A DNA stretch of 64,000 nucleotides from an uncultured Acidimicrobiia bacterium (lineage in GTDB: Bacteria; Acidobacteriota; Terriglobia; Versatilivoradales; Versatilivoraceae): the NCBI GenBank assembly GCA_963810905.1, contig CAWEPG010000002.1:98984-162983 (forward strand). The letters run 5' to 3'. The notes under the pieces are model-generated. The model was not told the origin of the DNA. It searched no databases and saw nothing but the letters and a program-made list of their open reading frames with translations. Both the position numbers and the translations under genes were made by a program. Each line of letters opens with the position of its first letter. The stretch's first letter is position 1. Below, in pieces: positions 9,922 through 19,978 of the stretch.

Positions 9922-10350
9922 ATTTCTTCTTCACATTCATCGGCTTTCCAGCGAAAACAATTAGCAATGTGACTCTTAGGTCTCTTCGCGAATTCAAAAT
10001 CAGAATTGCAATTTAATCGGTCAACCCTTAAGAAAGAGCGCAGAATAACTCGATCTCATTGCTATAACTTCTTGCTTCTTAGCGATATTCCTCAAAATCG
10101 GGGATTTCTAGCGAAGCACTGGGATCTAACCTAAATGGGAGCCATCACGGGAGGAATTCTGGAATCCTGTTCGTTCTGGATCGGATTTAGGTCTTTGGTT
10201 ACCTAAGTAGATCGTTTTTACTTCGCCTCTTTTCTGTGCGTCAAAAAGGCTTACCTTCACAAGCAGAACTAGGCGGTAGTAGCGCGATCGGCTCGTCGAA
10301 ATCGTGCCTTCTGCCGGGGATCTCCACTTCAAGCTAACCCAGACTTTCGT

Positions 10351-11550
10351 TTAACCTTGTATTGGCGTCGTACTGCCTGCAGGAGCTTCGGCCAAAATAC
10401 CCCTCTTCTGAATTTGCAAGTAGCTAATCAGGATTGCCGGAGAGATCCAGGCATAATAAGCACCATTTACTCCGCATACATTCATAGCAAAAGCGGTACA
10501 GTTCAACAACATATAGACAAAGAGATATAATATCGTCTCTATCCCCAAGTTCTGACTCAGCTTCAATAGAATCTGAATAAGGAGCGGTAGAAGTAATACT
10601 AGATCCGAAGCCCAACTGTAAATAGAGGTGATTAGCCCTAGAGCGATAAGTAAAGGTAGCTGCTCAGACCAACTCCAATCCTTTTTCTTCGCGCGCCAAT
10701 AAAAGATAAGACCAATGGACATGGCAATAGTCGGCACCCACTGCAGAAAAACCTTCTCAGAGCCAAAAACAATCCTCAAAAGCGTACCAAGAGTGGGTGT
10801 AACCCAATCAAAAGGCGGCAGATTTGCCTTTACCCTAAGGCTCTGAGCAATCAGAGCGGGATTGAAAAATAAAGGCAGAACAGTTGCGACAACAATGGAA
10901 AGAATCGCAGACTTCAGGATGGTCCATCTCTTTCGTTCCAAAATCCATAGACAGAGGGCAATCCAAAAAAGGAAGGCAAGGTGGGGCTTTACGGCAAGCA
11001 AGCAAAGCGAGATGCCTGCAGCCCAATCGTTTCTGACCTTTTCAAAATAGAGAAACCCAACCATTCCAGTCAGCAGTACCAATCCCATCTGCCCATTCCT
11101 CAACACAAAAGTCGAGGGAGCAAAAGTCAAGGCAAACGCCCATGCTAGCAAGACATCCTTTTGAGAGCCACCATACAGCCTCCATAACTTACTTGTGCAA
11201 AACACTAATAATAAAAGGTGGGCGAGTAACCAGAACGCCCGGCCGGTCACAAAATTAAGGCATCCAAACGGAAGAAAAAGGGGAAATGCCCAAGGTGGGT
11301 ACCACATCATTAAAGGGACATCATCCTTGAATCCCACGGCTTTTTGAAGGCTATCTAGTTGTTCAAGAGAATAAGGATTGTGCCCAGTTAACTGTAGTCG
11401 CGCTGCAGACCAGTAGGCTAGGAAGTCATCGAATGGGACACTCTCGGCAAAGCGCTGTGCTGGATACGATAGACCCATCAATAACAGTCCCAAGAAGAAC
11501 CATTTCATCAGTTTTCGGAACCGAAAGGTATCTATCATCATCCCAAGCAT
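10351..11550 (-). CDS. Glycosyltransferase family 87-like (DUF2029) GT-C protein
   Basis: DDFLAYWSAARLQLTGHNPY, YPPW, GQMG and KPHL motifs; polytopic. Confidence 0.85.
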   Translation of the reverse strand: MLGMMIDTFRFRKLMKWFFLGLLLMGLSYPAQRFAESVPFDDFLAYWSAARLQLTGHNPYSLEQLDSLQKAVGFKDDVPLMMWYPPWAFPLFLPFGCLNFVTGRAFWLLAHLLLLVFCTSKLWRLYGGSQKDVLLAWAFALTFAPSTFVLRNGQMGLVLLTGMVGFLYFEKVRNDWAAGISLCLLAVKPHLAFLFWIALCLWILERKRWTILKSAILSIVVATVLPLFFNPALIAQSLRVKANLPPFDWVTPTLGTLLRIVFGSEKVFLQWVPTIAMSIGLIFYWRAKKKDWSWSEQLPLLIALGLITSIYSWASDLVLLLPLLIQILLKLSQNLGIETILYLFVYMLLNCTAFAMNVCGVNGAYYAWISPAILISYLQIQKRGILAEAPAGSTTPIQG

Positions 11551-11576
11551 GGTCTTTAGGGGTTAATCACTCGATT

Positions 11577-12632
11577 TCAGGATTCCTTTATTTGCGGGCC
11601 ACAGATCACAAGAAAGCCAACAAGAAGAACCGGCGCCATCCAAACGAAATAAAGTTCGCTGTAATCATGGGAATTAAGCCAGTAGGCTAATGCGTTAAGA
11701 AGCAAAAAGCCAAAAAGAGCGGATCCAGCAAACTTCGGACTAGCTCTTTGAATAGTAATGACTGTAGCCTGAATCAAGGCTGGGATAAGCACAACCAGGT
11801 CAAAAGACCATCCGTAGGCCGCCGTGCTCACTGAAACAAGTAATAGAATGGGCATTTGTCTTTCCCACACCCAGTCCATTTTATTGCGTTTCCAATACAC
11901 GCAGGAGAACAATAATAGACCCAGTATCATGGGCAAGAATTTGAACCAAACTTTCCCGGTGCCCATGACAGTTCCTAAGAAGCACCCGATGGTTGGGGTC
12001 ACCCAGTATAAAGGGGGCGCTTCTATACTGGATCTGAAGAAATGAGCAATGATTGAGGGGTTGAGGCTTAAAGGAACCGCCGTCGAGAGAATCAACATAA
12101 TGCTAATCATCATGAGCATCTTCCATTGCTTCCGATTGATGATCCAGAAGAGAAGTGCAATCCAGAATAAATAGAGGAGATGCGGTTTGAGGGAGATAAG
12201 GATGGTCGAACATGCAGCCAGTTCGTATTGCTCTTTGCGAACAAAAAAGAGGAAACCGATCACTCCCAGCAGAACAAATGGGGTAATTTGTCCCACTCTC
12301 AGGACAAACAGGGTTGGGAAGAATCCCAACCCCAAAGCCCAAGGGAGCCAAAAATATCGCTTCGGACCCCCATAAATTCTCCAACTCAGATCGATGCATA
12401 AAACGACGACTAATAGGTTTACCAGCAGCCAGAGGAACCTCCCAACTTCAAAACTAAAAAACCCGAATGGAAGAACAACTGAGAGAGTCCATGGTGGATT
12501 CCACATCATCAATGGTCTTTGATCTGTCCATCCGATTGAATTTTGCAATCTGAGCATCTGTTCTGCGGAATAGGGATTTCCCCCTTCCAAAAGCAATCTC
12601 GCAGCAGCCCAATATTCGATGAAGTCGTTCAT
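11577..12632 (-). CDS. Glycosyltransferase family 87-like GT-C protein (tandem paralog)
   Basis: NDFIEYWAAARLLLEGGNPY, NPPW, GQIT and KPHL; clearly similar to 10351-11550. Confidence 0.85.
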   Translation of the reverse strand: MNDFIEYWAAARLLLEGGNPYSAEQMLRLQNSIGWTDQRPLMMWNPPWTLSVVLPFGFFSFEVGRFLWLLVNLLVVVLCIDLSWRIYGGPKRYFWLPWALGLGFFPTLFVLRVGQITPFVLLGVIGFLFFVRKEQYELAACSTILISLKPHLLYLFWIALLFWIINRKQWKMLMMISIMLILSTAVPLSLNPSIIAHFFRSSIEAPPLYWVTPTIGCFLGTVMGTGKVWFKFLPMILGLLLFSCVYWKRNKMDWVWERQMPILLLVSVSTAAYGWSFDLVVLIPALIQATVITIQRASPKFAGSALFGFLLLNALAYWLNSHDYSELYFVWMAPVLLVGFLVICGPQIKES

Positions 12633-13137
12633 ACATATTTCTTGTTCAGCTTACTACTCCAAAATTGGCCATCTGGGTACTCTCCAAAGAACCTCTAACC
12701 ATTACAGCTAGGCTGGGGAAATAACACCCCACGACGTTTAATCAGAAAACACTTTTTCGTATCGGCTCTAATTGAGTGATCGACAGCAAAACTATCTTTT
12801 TAAAGGCAGAATACCAAAGAAGCACACATGTTAAATAACCCAAGGACAAAGGCCAATGAATCTGAACAAACCGAATGAGGCATCCGACATAAAATCAATT
12901 TCCAAGGAGCTTCCTCGGGGATGCCGATTTCTCGCTAGGTCATATCCCTCAGAAAGTGGCTTCTGCTGAAGCTGTCTGGCCTAAGCCTTATTTTGAGGAA
13001 AATAATAACTCCCGCCCAGAGAAGCAATGATATCGCGCTCACACAAATGCAAGCTACGAACTTGAAACTTCTAAATGACGGCGCTTACTCGAAGGATGAA
13101 GGTGGTTCGCAGCTGCCAACGGAAGAATCAATACCAG

Positions 13138-14451
13138 TTAGCTCGAAAGCATCGTTCGTGGCAACTGGGGGTTATCGTAAAGAAAGTTTACGTAGTTAGA
13201 CAAAAAGTTTCTCTCTTTCGCTATCTTGTTAAATAGCGAGTTACCTAGAAACTTCTCGACAACTTTTATAGCAAAAACTAAATCTTCTTTCGTCACATTG
13301 GTGCGCTGCTTTGAAGCAGCGAACGCACGACTGAACCACTGCACCATCGCAAAATTCGTCGCAATGATGGATATCCTCTTCATAATTGGAATTTTGCCAG
13401 TCCCAACCAGCCTTCTGACCAAATGGACAAGATAGCGATCTAAGATTCCTTTGCAAGGTTCCTTTTCTACCTGATAAGCAATTTGATTAATGTCGGAATA
13501 GTTGACATGAAAGCCAAAGACATGGAAATCATTCTGGCCCGCCCGTTTCCATTGACGTACAATCTTGTTCAAGAGGCCGAACATGCCTAAGCGTTTAACT
13601 CCCACTTCTCCAGAATAAACGGATTCGACAAGTTGGATGAGTATGGCCAAATAAAGATCTCGCTTCGACCGACTGGAAGGTAGTGTGGCAATTTCGGTAA
13701 GGAACGGTGCGGGGTCACGACAGAGCGCGGCCTGTATTGCATCCGCTGTCGCGATATTACTCGAATCAGAAGACAATTTCTTGCTCGTCTCAGAAACAAT
13801 TAATTGAAGACAATGAATCTTTTCTTCAAATGAATAGGTTTTCTGCAAGACGTTCAAGAGAGCTTTTTCCAATGCCAGAAAATTCTCCCATTCCAAGTTT
13901 ATGGCCGACGTAAGAGGAATAGGAAGGGATATGTTTATGACATGCTCTTGAAAACCCATACGGCTCTGGACTTCTTCACGGCTGACCAACTCCCCTAAAT
14001 TCTGGATGATCTCGGGACAGGAATGATCTAAGAAGACTTCCAAGCCACGAGGGGTGTGGTAATAGATAAATGGAAACTGCTGGCACGCCACAGGCTTTGC
14101 TTCGTACCCTTCCAGAGCGTGAATCGAACAGAATTTTCGCTCGTTGATAAAACTGCAAGCTCCTTGCTGACGCTCGATAACAGCGTGATCCTTCTGCCCA
14201 ATAATTTTAAACACTCCATGCCCTTTTCTTTTCCCTAAGTCTTGGTCAATTTTTCGGACCCAGGCTTTTTCTAGTAGTCTATCTTTTCTCGTTAAGTCGA
14301 TTGGAATATTCCAAAAGCCGCAACAAAACCCGCAGTCCGGGACACATTGGTAGCGTGCTCCTGGCTCAATGTAAATAGCGTCTGTCATCATAGCAAGAAG
14401 TCCACCTCTCAGGAGATCGCCTTTGATATCGGCAATCTCGGAGGAAACCAT
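13138..14451 (-). CDS. YkgJ-family cysteine-cluster protein, FliB-like architecture
   Basis: YQCVPDCGFCCG, CSFINERKFCSIH and KPVACQQFPF Cys motifs plus a long helical C-terminus. Likely start ATG 14391. Confidence 0.75.
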   Translation of the reverse strand: MVSSEIADIKGDLLRGGLLAMMTDAIYIEPGARYQCVPDCGFCCGFWNIPIDLTRKDRLLEKAWVRKIDQDLGKRKGHGVFKIIGQKDHAVIERQQGACSFINERKFCSIHALEGYEAKPVACQQFPFIYYHTPRGLEVFLDHSCPEIIQNLGELVSREEVQSRMGFQEHVINISLPIPLTSAINLEWENFLALEKALLNVLQKTYSFEEKIHCLQLIVSETSKKLSSDSSNIATADAIQAALCRDPAPFLTEIATLPSSRSKRDLYLAILIQLVESVYSGEVGVKRLGMFGLLNKIVRQWKRAGQNDFHVFGFHVNYSDINQIAYQVEKEPCKGILDRYLVHLVRRLVGTGKIPIMKRISIIATNFAMVQWFSRAFAASKQRTNVTKEDLVFAIKVVEKFLGNSLFNKIAKERNFLSNYVNFLYDNPQLPRTMLSS

Positions 14452-14584
14452 GACTCAAAGGGAAACCTCAAATAATCCCTCTTAAACCCTGTAGCGGGGG
14501 AGGATTTGTAAGGGCTCTATTTGTGATCAGTTGCACATTGACCAATTAATTTGTAGTTGCTCTGTCGTTCACTCAAACTTACTC

Positions 14585-16150
14585 TCATTCATTGCAATAG
14601 TGAATAAGCATTAGACCGAACTGATCGATCTTTTTATCTGCTTTCAACCGCAGGGTCTTCTGCTCGAAAATTGCATTTTGAAATGATTGCAGAAAGTCTT
14701 CTGATTCCTGCCCCATCCGTGTAACAAACCAGAACTCGTTGCTTTTTATAATTTGGGGAATCACTTCCTTTTCAAAGTACGTGTTGGCATTGGGTATCTT
14801 CCAGCGGTAAGGCAGATCAATTATTCTCCAATCCTTACTGACATAAAAATCTCCAAAAGCAGAATGAATCAGCTCGTTCCAGTGGGCATCTCTAATTTCA
14901 GAGTTCAACATAAGGTCTCCCTCTACGAGGCCGCTCCGCAACAATATTAGGACTTTGTCAGGGGAATTTGATTCTAAGTACCGAATCGCTCCGCGCCAAT
15001 CTTCTCCGTGGCTGGTCGAAAATAGGCGGTTCTGCCTAAAATTAGGGTACAAGTAGAGACTAAAATTCAGTAGCAAAAAGGTTGAAATCCAAAGAGTCTT
15101 AAGCTTAGGTATTCGAACGGATGCGATCACCCAGCCCCAGAAAAAACTTGCGGGTATGAAATAGATGATTAGATAACGAAGAATGAGTATCGAATTCGAT
15201 CCGGAAATCTTGTAGGCCAGAAGGTAGAACGGCCAGGGCAGGACAAACCAGATTAGAAAATAGGAGAGGTAATGGGACCTTGCGGGTGTTCTTGCGAATC
15301 CTGGCTTCTGCCTCAAGCCGATCCGCAAGAACAGATAGACCAGCAAAAATGAAAAAGTGAGTGAAATGAAAATCAGAATCTCAGGGCCGATTAAAGCCAG
15401 AAAGTATGGGATATCCGTCTTTATTTGGTATTGAAGCCCCTGACGTCTATGCCAGATGCGGTAGGCTTGCGACAGGACTGGAGAAATGAGAATAGTCATT
15501 GCAATATGTGCTAATAACCATGGTTTGATCCCTTCTCGCTTTGTTGATCCCTTACTTCTTAAGATGAGGCATAGCCAAAATACGGATTGGAATACGACGA
15601 AAAGCGCGAAAAGAAATTGTAGATATATTAAGCAGGCTGAGGCCGTCGCATACAACAAGGCATCCCAAGCTTTGCGCGAATCAAGTGTGCGAAAAAAGCT
15701 GAGGCTCGCAAACAACGTGAAACAAACTGCTAGAGAATAAGCTCTCGCATTTTGGCTCTGGTCAATAAACCAGGGATGGAGAGCAAAACACCAAGCAGCC
15801 ATTAAAGCAGTTTCATCAGATAAGGCTTTTCGACCTAAAACATAGACGAGATAGATTGAAAAAATCCCCGCCAAAACAGAAGGGAGCCGCAGGGCGAATT
15901 CGGACTCTCCAAATGTCAAAATCGAAATTCGAACAATGGAAAAATAGAATGGAGAGTTTGCAAGATAATTGACGGATCTTTCCCAACATTGCCCTGATGA
16001 GGGGGCTGCGGCAGCCCAATGTGTAGCAAACTCATCAAGCCACAAACTTGGAGCCCAAAAGTTCCAGCATCTGAGTAGACTTCCAGCTAGCAAAGGAAGC
16101 CACAGCTGTGTTGGGAAGTCCAGCCTAGATGAGCTTTTGTAGGATATCAT
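14585..16150 (-). CDS. ArnT/PMT-like (GT39/PMT_2) GT-C glycosyltransferase
   Basis: SLWLDEF catalytic-loop motif, SPFYF, SEFALRLPS, SQNARAYSL. Confidence 0.85.
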   Translation of the reverse strand: MISYKSSSRLDFPTQLWLPLLAGSLLRCWNFWAPSLWLDEFATHWAAAAPSSGQCWERSVNYLANSPFYFSIVRISILTFGESEFALRLPSVLAGIFSIYLVYVLGRKALSDETALMAAWCFALHPWFIDQSQNARAYSLAVCFTLFASLSFFRTLDSRKAWDALLYATASACLIYLQFLFALFVVFQSVFWLCLILRSKGSTKREGIKPWLLAHIAMTILISPVLSQAYRIWHRRQGLQYQIKTDIPYFLALIGPEILIFISLTFSFLLVYLFLRIGLRQKPGFARTPARSHYLSYFLIWFVLPWPFYLLAYKISGSNSILILRYLIIYFIPASFFWGWVIASVRIPKLKTLWISTFLLLNFSLYLYPNFRQNRLFSTSHGEDWRGAIRYLESNSPDKVLILLRSGLVEGDLMLNSEIRDAHWNELIHSAFGDFYVSKDWRIIDLPYRWKIPNANTYFEKEVIPQIIKSNEFWFVTRMGQESEDFLQSFQNAIFEQKTLRLKADKKIDQFGLMLIHYCNE

Positions 16151-17826
16151 TCACCGATTTGACGAAAGGCTTCCTTCTCACGAGGAGTTACCCAAAGGAG
16201 GTCGAGGTTTTCATATCGATTTACAGAGCATGGTACCGCAATATTTATCTGCTGGATATTTACCGGGAGTGTTTGAAACAAGCGGGCCGTCTGATACATC
16301 CAGAAACGGATATGCGGCCATTCTAACCAGTCTGAAGGTTTCTCAGGAGGCGGAGGCAATTCGCGAGGAAACGGTCCAGCTGAAAGATACAACTCTTTTC
16401 CCACAAACCAAACATTGTGACCCGAATTCAAAGTGCTGGCAACCCTCTCCAAAAATGGCTTGGAGGCATCTCGTTCTGTCATTCTTTGCTTAATCAAATC
16501 TCTTCGATCTACAAGGTGGTCATCAATCAGAGGCAATGTTATCCAAGGGGTTTGCCCCTTATAATACCTCATGAACGTGATCCCCAAATACCAGGGACTG
16601 ACGACAATTAAATCGTCTCTGTGCGTCGCTTCCATCAGTCGCTCAGCGATGAGGTCTACATTTGTCTGCCGAGTCTGAATGGCATTATAGACATTCGTGG
16701 AGATCAATATTGCAACTATTGAGACGAAGCCTAGCCGCCCAATTCTCCACCTTTGATTTGAACGAACAAGTAGGTGGGTGGCAACATCAAATAATGCAGC
16801 CATGTATCCCATAATAGAAATGTAGTACCAAGGCTCCGTGATGTAGCTCAGGGCAAGAAGGAAACTCAAATAACAGGTTACTCCCAGGACTAACGCTGTG
16901 CCAATAAACAGGGAAAGATCTTTCTCATTCGAATCCAAACTAGTCTCCGAACACAACTGTTGCCGGAAACAAAAGTGAATCGAGACGATCAAGAGGCCAA
17001 ACCAGACCCAGGTAATATAAGCTCCGGAGGATTGCACCGTGTTATGGAACTTAAAGAGGAGCCATGGGACGTTAATTGGAATCTTTAGGGTCATACTCCA
17101 TTCGTAAGTTCCGGCGATCCTTTCATGGTATGGGAGGTAAATCGAAAGTGCACAAACGAAGCCCATTCCAAGAAGCACAAAAGGCCTTTTCCAATCCGCA
17201 CGCCTCCAGCCGACTATAGCCCCCGCCGTGCAAAGCGCGAATAGCAGCACCGAATTGTAATAAAGTGTATGCACGCTTAGAACAGAAACCAGTGTGGCAA
17301 GGATAATTCTCGTTGGCGTGGGTCGGTCGACTACTTTCCAGATCATCCCAATCATCACAACCATCAGTGCCGTTCCGAGCCCGTAGGCCCGCAATGAGTC
17401 TCCATACAGGATCATCGTCGGGCTTGCAGCCAACATTACCATTGAGCAAAGAGGGACGGCCTTGGCGGTTTGCCGAGCGTTCCACCATAGGGCACCCAGA
17501 ACTGACAAGCCTACAATCATTCCCAAAATTCTTAAGCGCAAGTCTGGAGAACCTGACTCAGAGCCCGCCCAGAGACGCAATAGCGATGGCCAAAGCGGTG
17601 GACAGGAGTCCCATTTAAGATAGGTCCAAAATTGGCGTAACGTGGGCTGCGTTGCCACATTGAGTGTATTTATTTCGTCACGCCACAGGGCGCCTGCATG
17701 AACCCAAAAAATAATATGAGCAACAACCAGCGTTAGAGTAATTGATAAGCCGACGATCCACTCTGCCCGTTGGATCCAGCCGCCTGATGCGGCCCGCATC
17801 CTGGATTCTGGTTCTAAGATCTGCAT
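16147..17826 (-). CDS. ArnT/PMT-like GT-C glycosyltransferase
   Basis: ALWRDEI motif, CPPLW, LRAYGL; polytopic; 4-bp overlap with the downstream gene. Confidence 0.75.
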   Translation of the reverse strand: MQILEPESRMRAASGGWIQRAEWIVGLSITLTLVVAHIIFWVHAGALWRDEINTLNVATQPTLRQFWTYLKWDSCPPLWPSLLRLWAGSESGSPDLRLRILGMIVGLSVLGALWWNARQTAKAVPLCSMVMLAASPTMILYGDSLRAYGLGTALMVVMIGMIWKVVDRPTPTRIILATLVSVLSVHTLYYNSVLLFALCTAGAIVGWRRADWKRPFVLLGMGFVCALSIYLPYHERIAGTYEWSMTLKIPINVPWLLFKFHNTVQSSGAYITWVWFGLLIVSIHFCFRQQLCSETSLDSNEKDLSLFIGTALVLGVTCYLSFLLALSYITEPWYYISIMGYMAALFDVATHLLVRSNQRWRIGRLGFVSIVAILISTNVYNAIQTRQTNVDLIAERLMEATHRDDLIVVSPWYLGITFMRYYKGQTPWITLPLIDDHLVDRRDLIKQRMTERDASKPFLERVASTLNSGHNVWFVGKELYLSAGPFPRELPPPPEKPSDWLEWPHIRFWMYQTARLFQTLPVNIQQINIAVPCSVNRYENLDLLWVTPREKEAFRQIGE

Positions 17827-18155
17827 GGGCTCACAATTGAAAAAGTTGTTCTTTGAGAATTAGCATCTTATAATCCCTCCCGGAATTGTAGCTTAACCCC
17901 TATTTGAATGTTGGGTAACGCAATGGATGACACCAGACTTGTCAGCATAACTGGCTGCAATTTACCCGCTAAATCTATCACGTTCAAGAGTTTCAACCAT
18001 CGAGTTATTGCTCGGATTTCGTCAATTAATTGTCGAGTATTTTATCGGCTAACACTTTCAACTCTATAGAAAATCAGGAAGCATGAGTTAACACCTAATG
18101 CTTCTAATGTTGTATTCCGATTCGTCAGATCTTTAAAGGATCTCGAGGAGAGACA

Positions 18156-18815
18156 TTGGCAATCATCCGTCTCACGAATTCCGAACCGCTCTCTTATTTC
18201 CAGGAGATTGCACAGATCCACACTGCTGAAATCCAGCATGGAATGCTTCCATTACTTGGAAATGAGTTCCTGACTAAGCTCTATTACGAAATCTGCCGCG
18301 AATCAAAGAACGGCATATGGGTTGCGGCAGAAGATGGAAAAATTCTAGGCTTCCTGGCAGGCTGTGCCGATGTGAGGCTAACTTGCAAAAGGCTAGTCCT
18401 GCAGAGCGGGCTTTCTCTTGGCTGGAAGATTTTGCATGCCATACCAAATCTGAAATTGCTGAAGAAGCTCTATTCGTTGTTTGCTTACCCTTTTCGGAAA
18501 AAAGGAGAGCGGCTCAACCTTCAGGAAAGGCATTCACCCAGTGCGGACCGAGCAGAGCTCCTTGCCATGGCAGTCCATCATGAGGCTCACCGGCAGGGTA
18601 TTGGCAGGGCGCTAGTGGCAGCATTCGAAGAAAGCTTATTGACTTGGGGCGGGCTCGATGGCTATTGGGTAGCCACCGATGCAGCCCAGATGGTTTCAAA
18701 CAATTTCTATATTTCGTTAGGATTTGAGCCACGTGGAAAGATCAAACATCACGACCTTATTCTCCAGCATTACTACAAGAGCCTCCATTGCAAGACCGTT
18801 GGACGGAATGGCTAA
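18156..18815 (+). CDS. GNAT-family N-acetyltransferase
   Basis: ELLAMAVHHEAHRQGIGRALV acetyl-CoA motif A and NNFYISLGF; TTG start after a GAGGAG RBS. Confidence 0.88.
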   Translation: MAIIRLTNSEPLSYFQEIAQIHTAEIQHGMLPLLGNEFLTKLYYEICRESKNGIWVAAEDGKILGFLAGCADVRLTCKRLVLQSGLSLGWKILHAIPNLKLLKKLYSLFAYPFRKKGERLNLQERHSPSADRAELLAMAVHHEAHRQGIGRALVAAFEESLLTWGGLDGYWVATDAAQMVSNNFYISLGFEPRGKIKHHDLILQHYYKSLHCKTVGRNG

Positions 18816-18866
18816 GATTGTAGATACTGCTTACTACTAAATTGGTATTCAAAGAGAACTAGAACG

Positions 18867-19973
18867 GTGACATTGAAGATTCCAAACAAAATTCCCTGGG
18901 CAAAGCCGACCCTTTGGGGGAATGAGAAGAGTTATATTGATGAAGCTCTCAGTTCTACTTGGATTTCGGCCGGTCCATTTGTCGATCGTTTAGAGGCTGA
19001 TTTTCGTCAACAGACAGGCAGCTCGTTTGCTCTGGCAGTCTCAAACGGGACAACATCGATTCACTTGGCGTACCTGGCTTTGGGGATAGGGCCTGGAGAT
19101 GAGGTCATTGTTCCAGGATTTGGATTCATGGCCGCGGCAAATGTGGCTCTACACGTTGGCGCCAAACCTGTATTTGTAGAGGTTGACCCTGACACGTGGT
19201 GCTTAAAGGCGGATGCAGTGGAATCAAAGATTACAACGAAGACTAAACTGATTGTTCCGATCCATACGTATGGCAATGTTTGTGAAATGGACAAGATCCT
19301 TGCTTTGGGTAAAGCCCATCAAATCGACATTCTTGAAGACGCTGCGGAAGCATTGTTTTCTCGATACAAGGGCAGATTGGCCGGCACTCTTGGGACTCTG
19401 GGGTCTTATAGTTTTCAAGCGACCAAGACAATCACCACAGGTGAAGGCGGCATGGTGGTTACCAATGATCATGAACTCAATATCAAAATGCGGCTCTACC
19501 GAAGCCACGGCATGGATCAGAAACGTTATTGGCATGAGGTCCCTGGTCACAACTTTCGGCTCACAAATCTCCAGGCAGCTCTAGGTTGTGCCCAGTTTGA
19601 ACACTTGGACGAGATTATAACCGAGAGGCGCCGAGTCCACGACACATACCGGAATTTGCTACGCAAGGTTTCAGGATTAACCCTTCAAAACTTTACCACC
19701 CATGTTGAGCCTGTCTTGTGGGCTATGGCCGTCAGAATAGACCCGAAGGCGTACCCGCAGGGAAGAGATCAGCTGATCGCTCAGCTTCTTGACGAGAACA
19801 TCGAAACGAGACCAGGATTCTATGCGGCCAGTCAGATGAACATTTATGACTGTAAACCTCTTCCCGTCTGTGAAGCGATTAGTTGCCAGGTAATTAGTCT
19901 CCCGACTTTTCCTACTTTGGCAGAATGGGAAATTCACTTCATAAGCGAGCGGCTGAAGGCATTAAGGAGTTAA
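18867..19973 (+). CDS. DegT/DnrJ/EryC1/StrS PLP aminotransferase (perosamine-synthase-like)
   Basis: SNGTTSIHLA, LEDAAEA, YSFQATKTITTGEGGM (PLP Lys), GHNFRLTNLQAALG. Confidence 0.93.
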   Translation: MTLKIPNKIPWAKPTLWGNEKSYIDEALSSTWISAGPFVDRLEADFRQQTGSSFALAVSNGTTSIHLAYLALGIGPGDEVIVPGFGFMAAANVALHVGAKPVFVEVDPDTWCLKADAVESKITTKTKLIVPIHTYGNVCEMDKILALGKAHQIDILEDAAEALFSRYKGRLAGTLGTLGSYSFQATKTITTGEGGMVVTNDHELNIKMRLYRSHGMDQKRYWHEVPGHNFRLTNLQAALGCAQFEHLDEIITERRRVHDTYRNLLRKVSGLTLQNFTTHVEPVLWAMAVRIDPKAYPQGRDQLIAQLLDENIETRPGFYAASQMNIYDCKPLPVCEAISCQVISLPTFPTLAEWEIHFISERLKALRS

Positions 19974-19978
19974 GCAAC

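Noticed and set aside
10126-10332. 68-aa ORF between GT-C genes
   Set aside because: TTG start, no RBS, no motif; not supportable.
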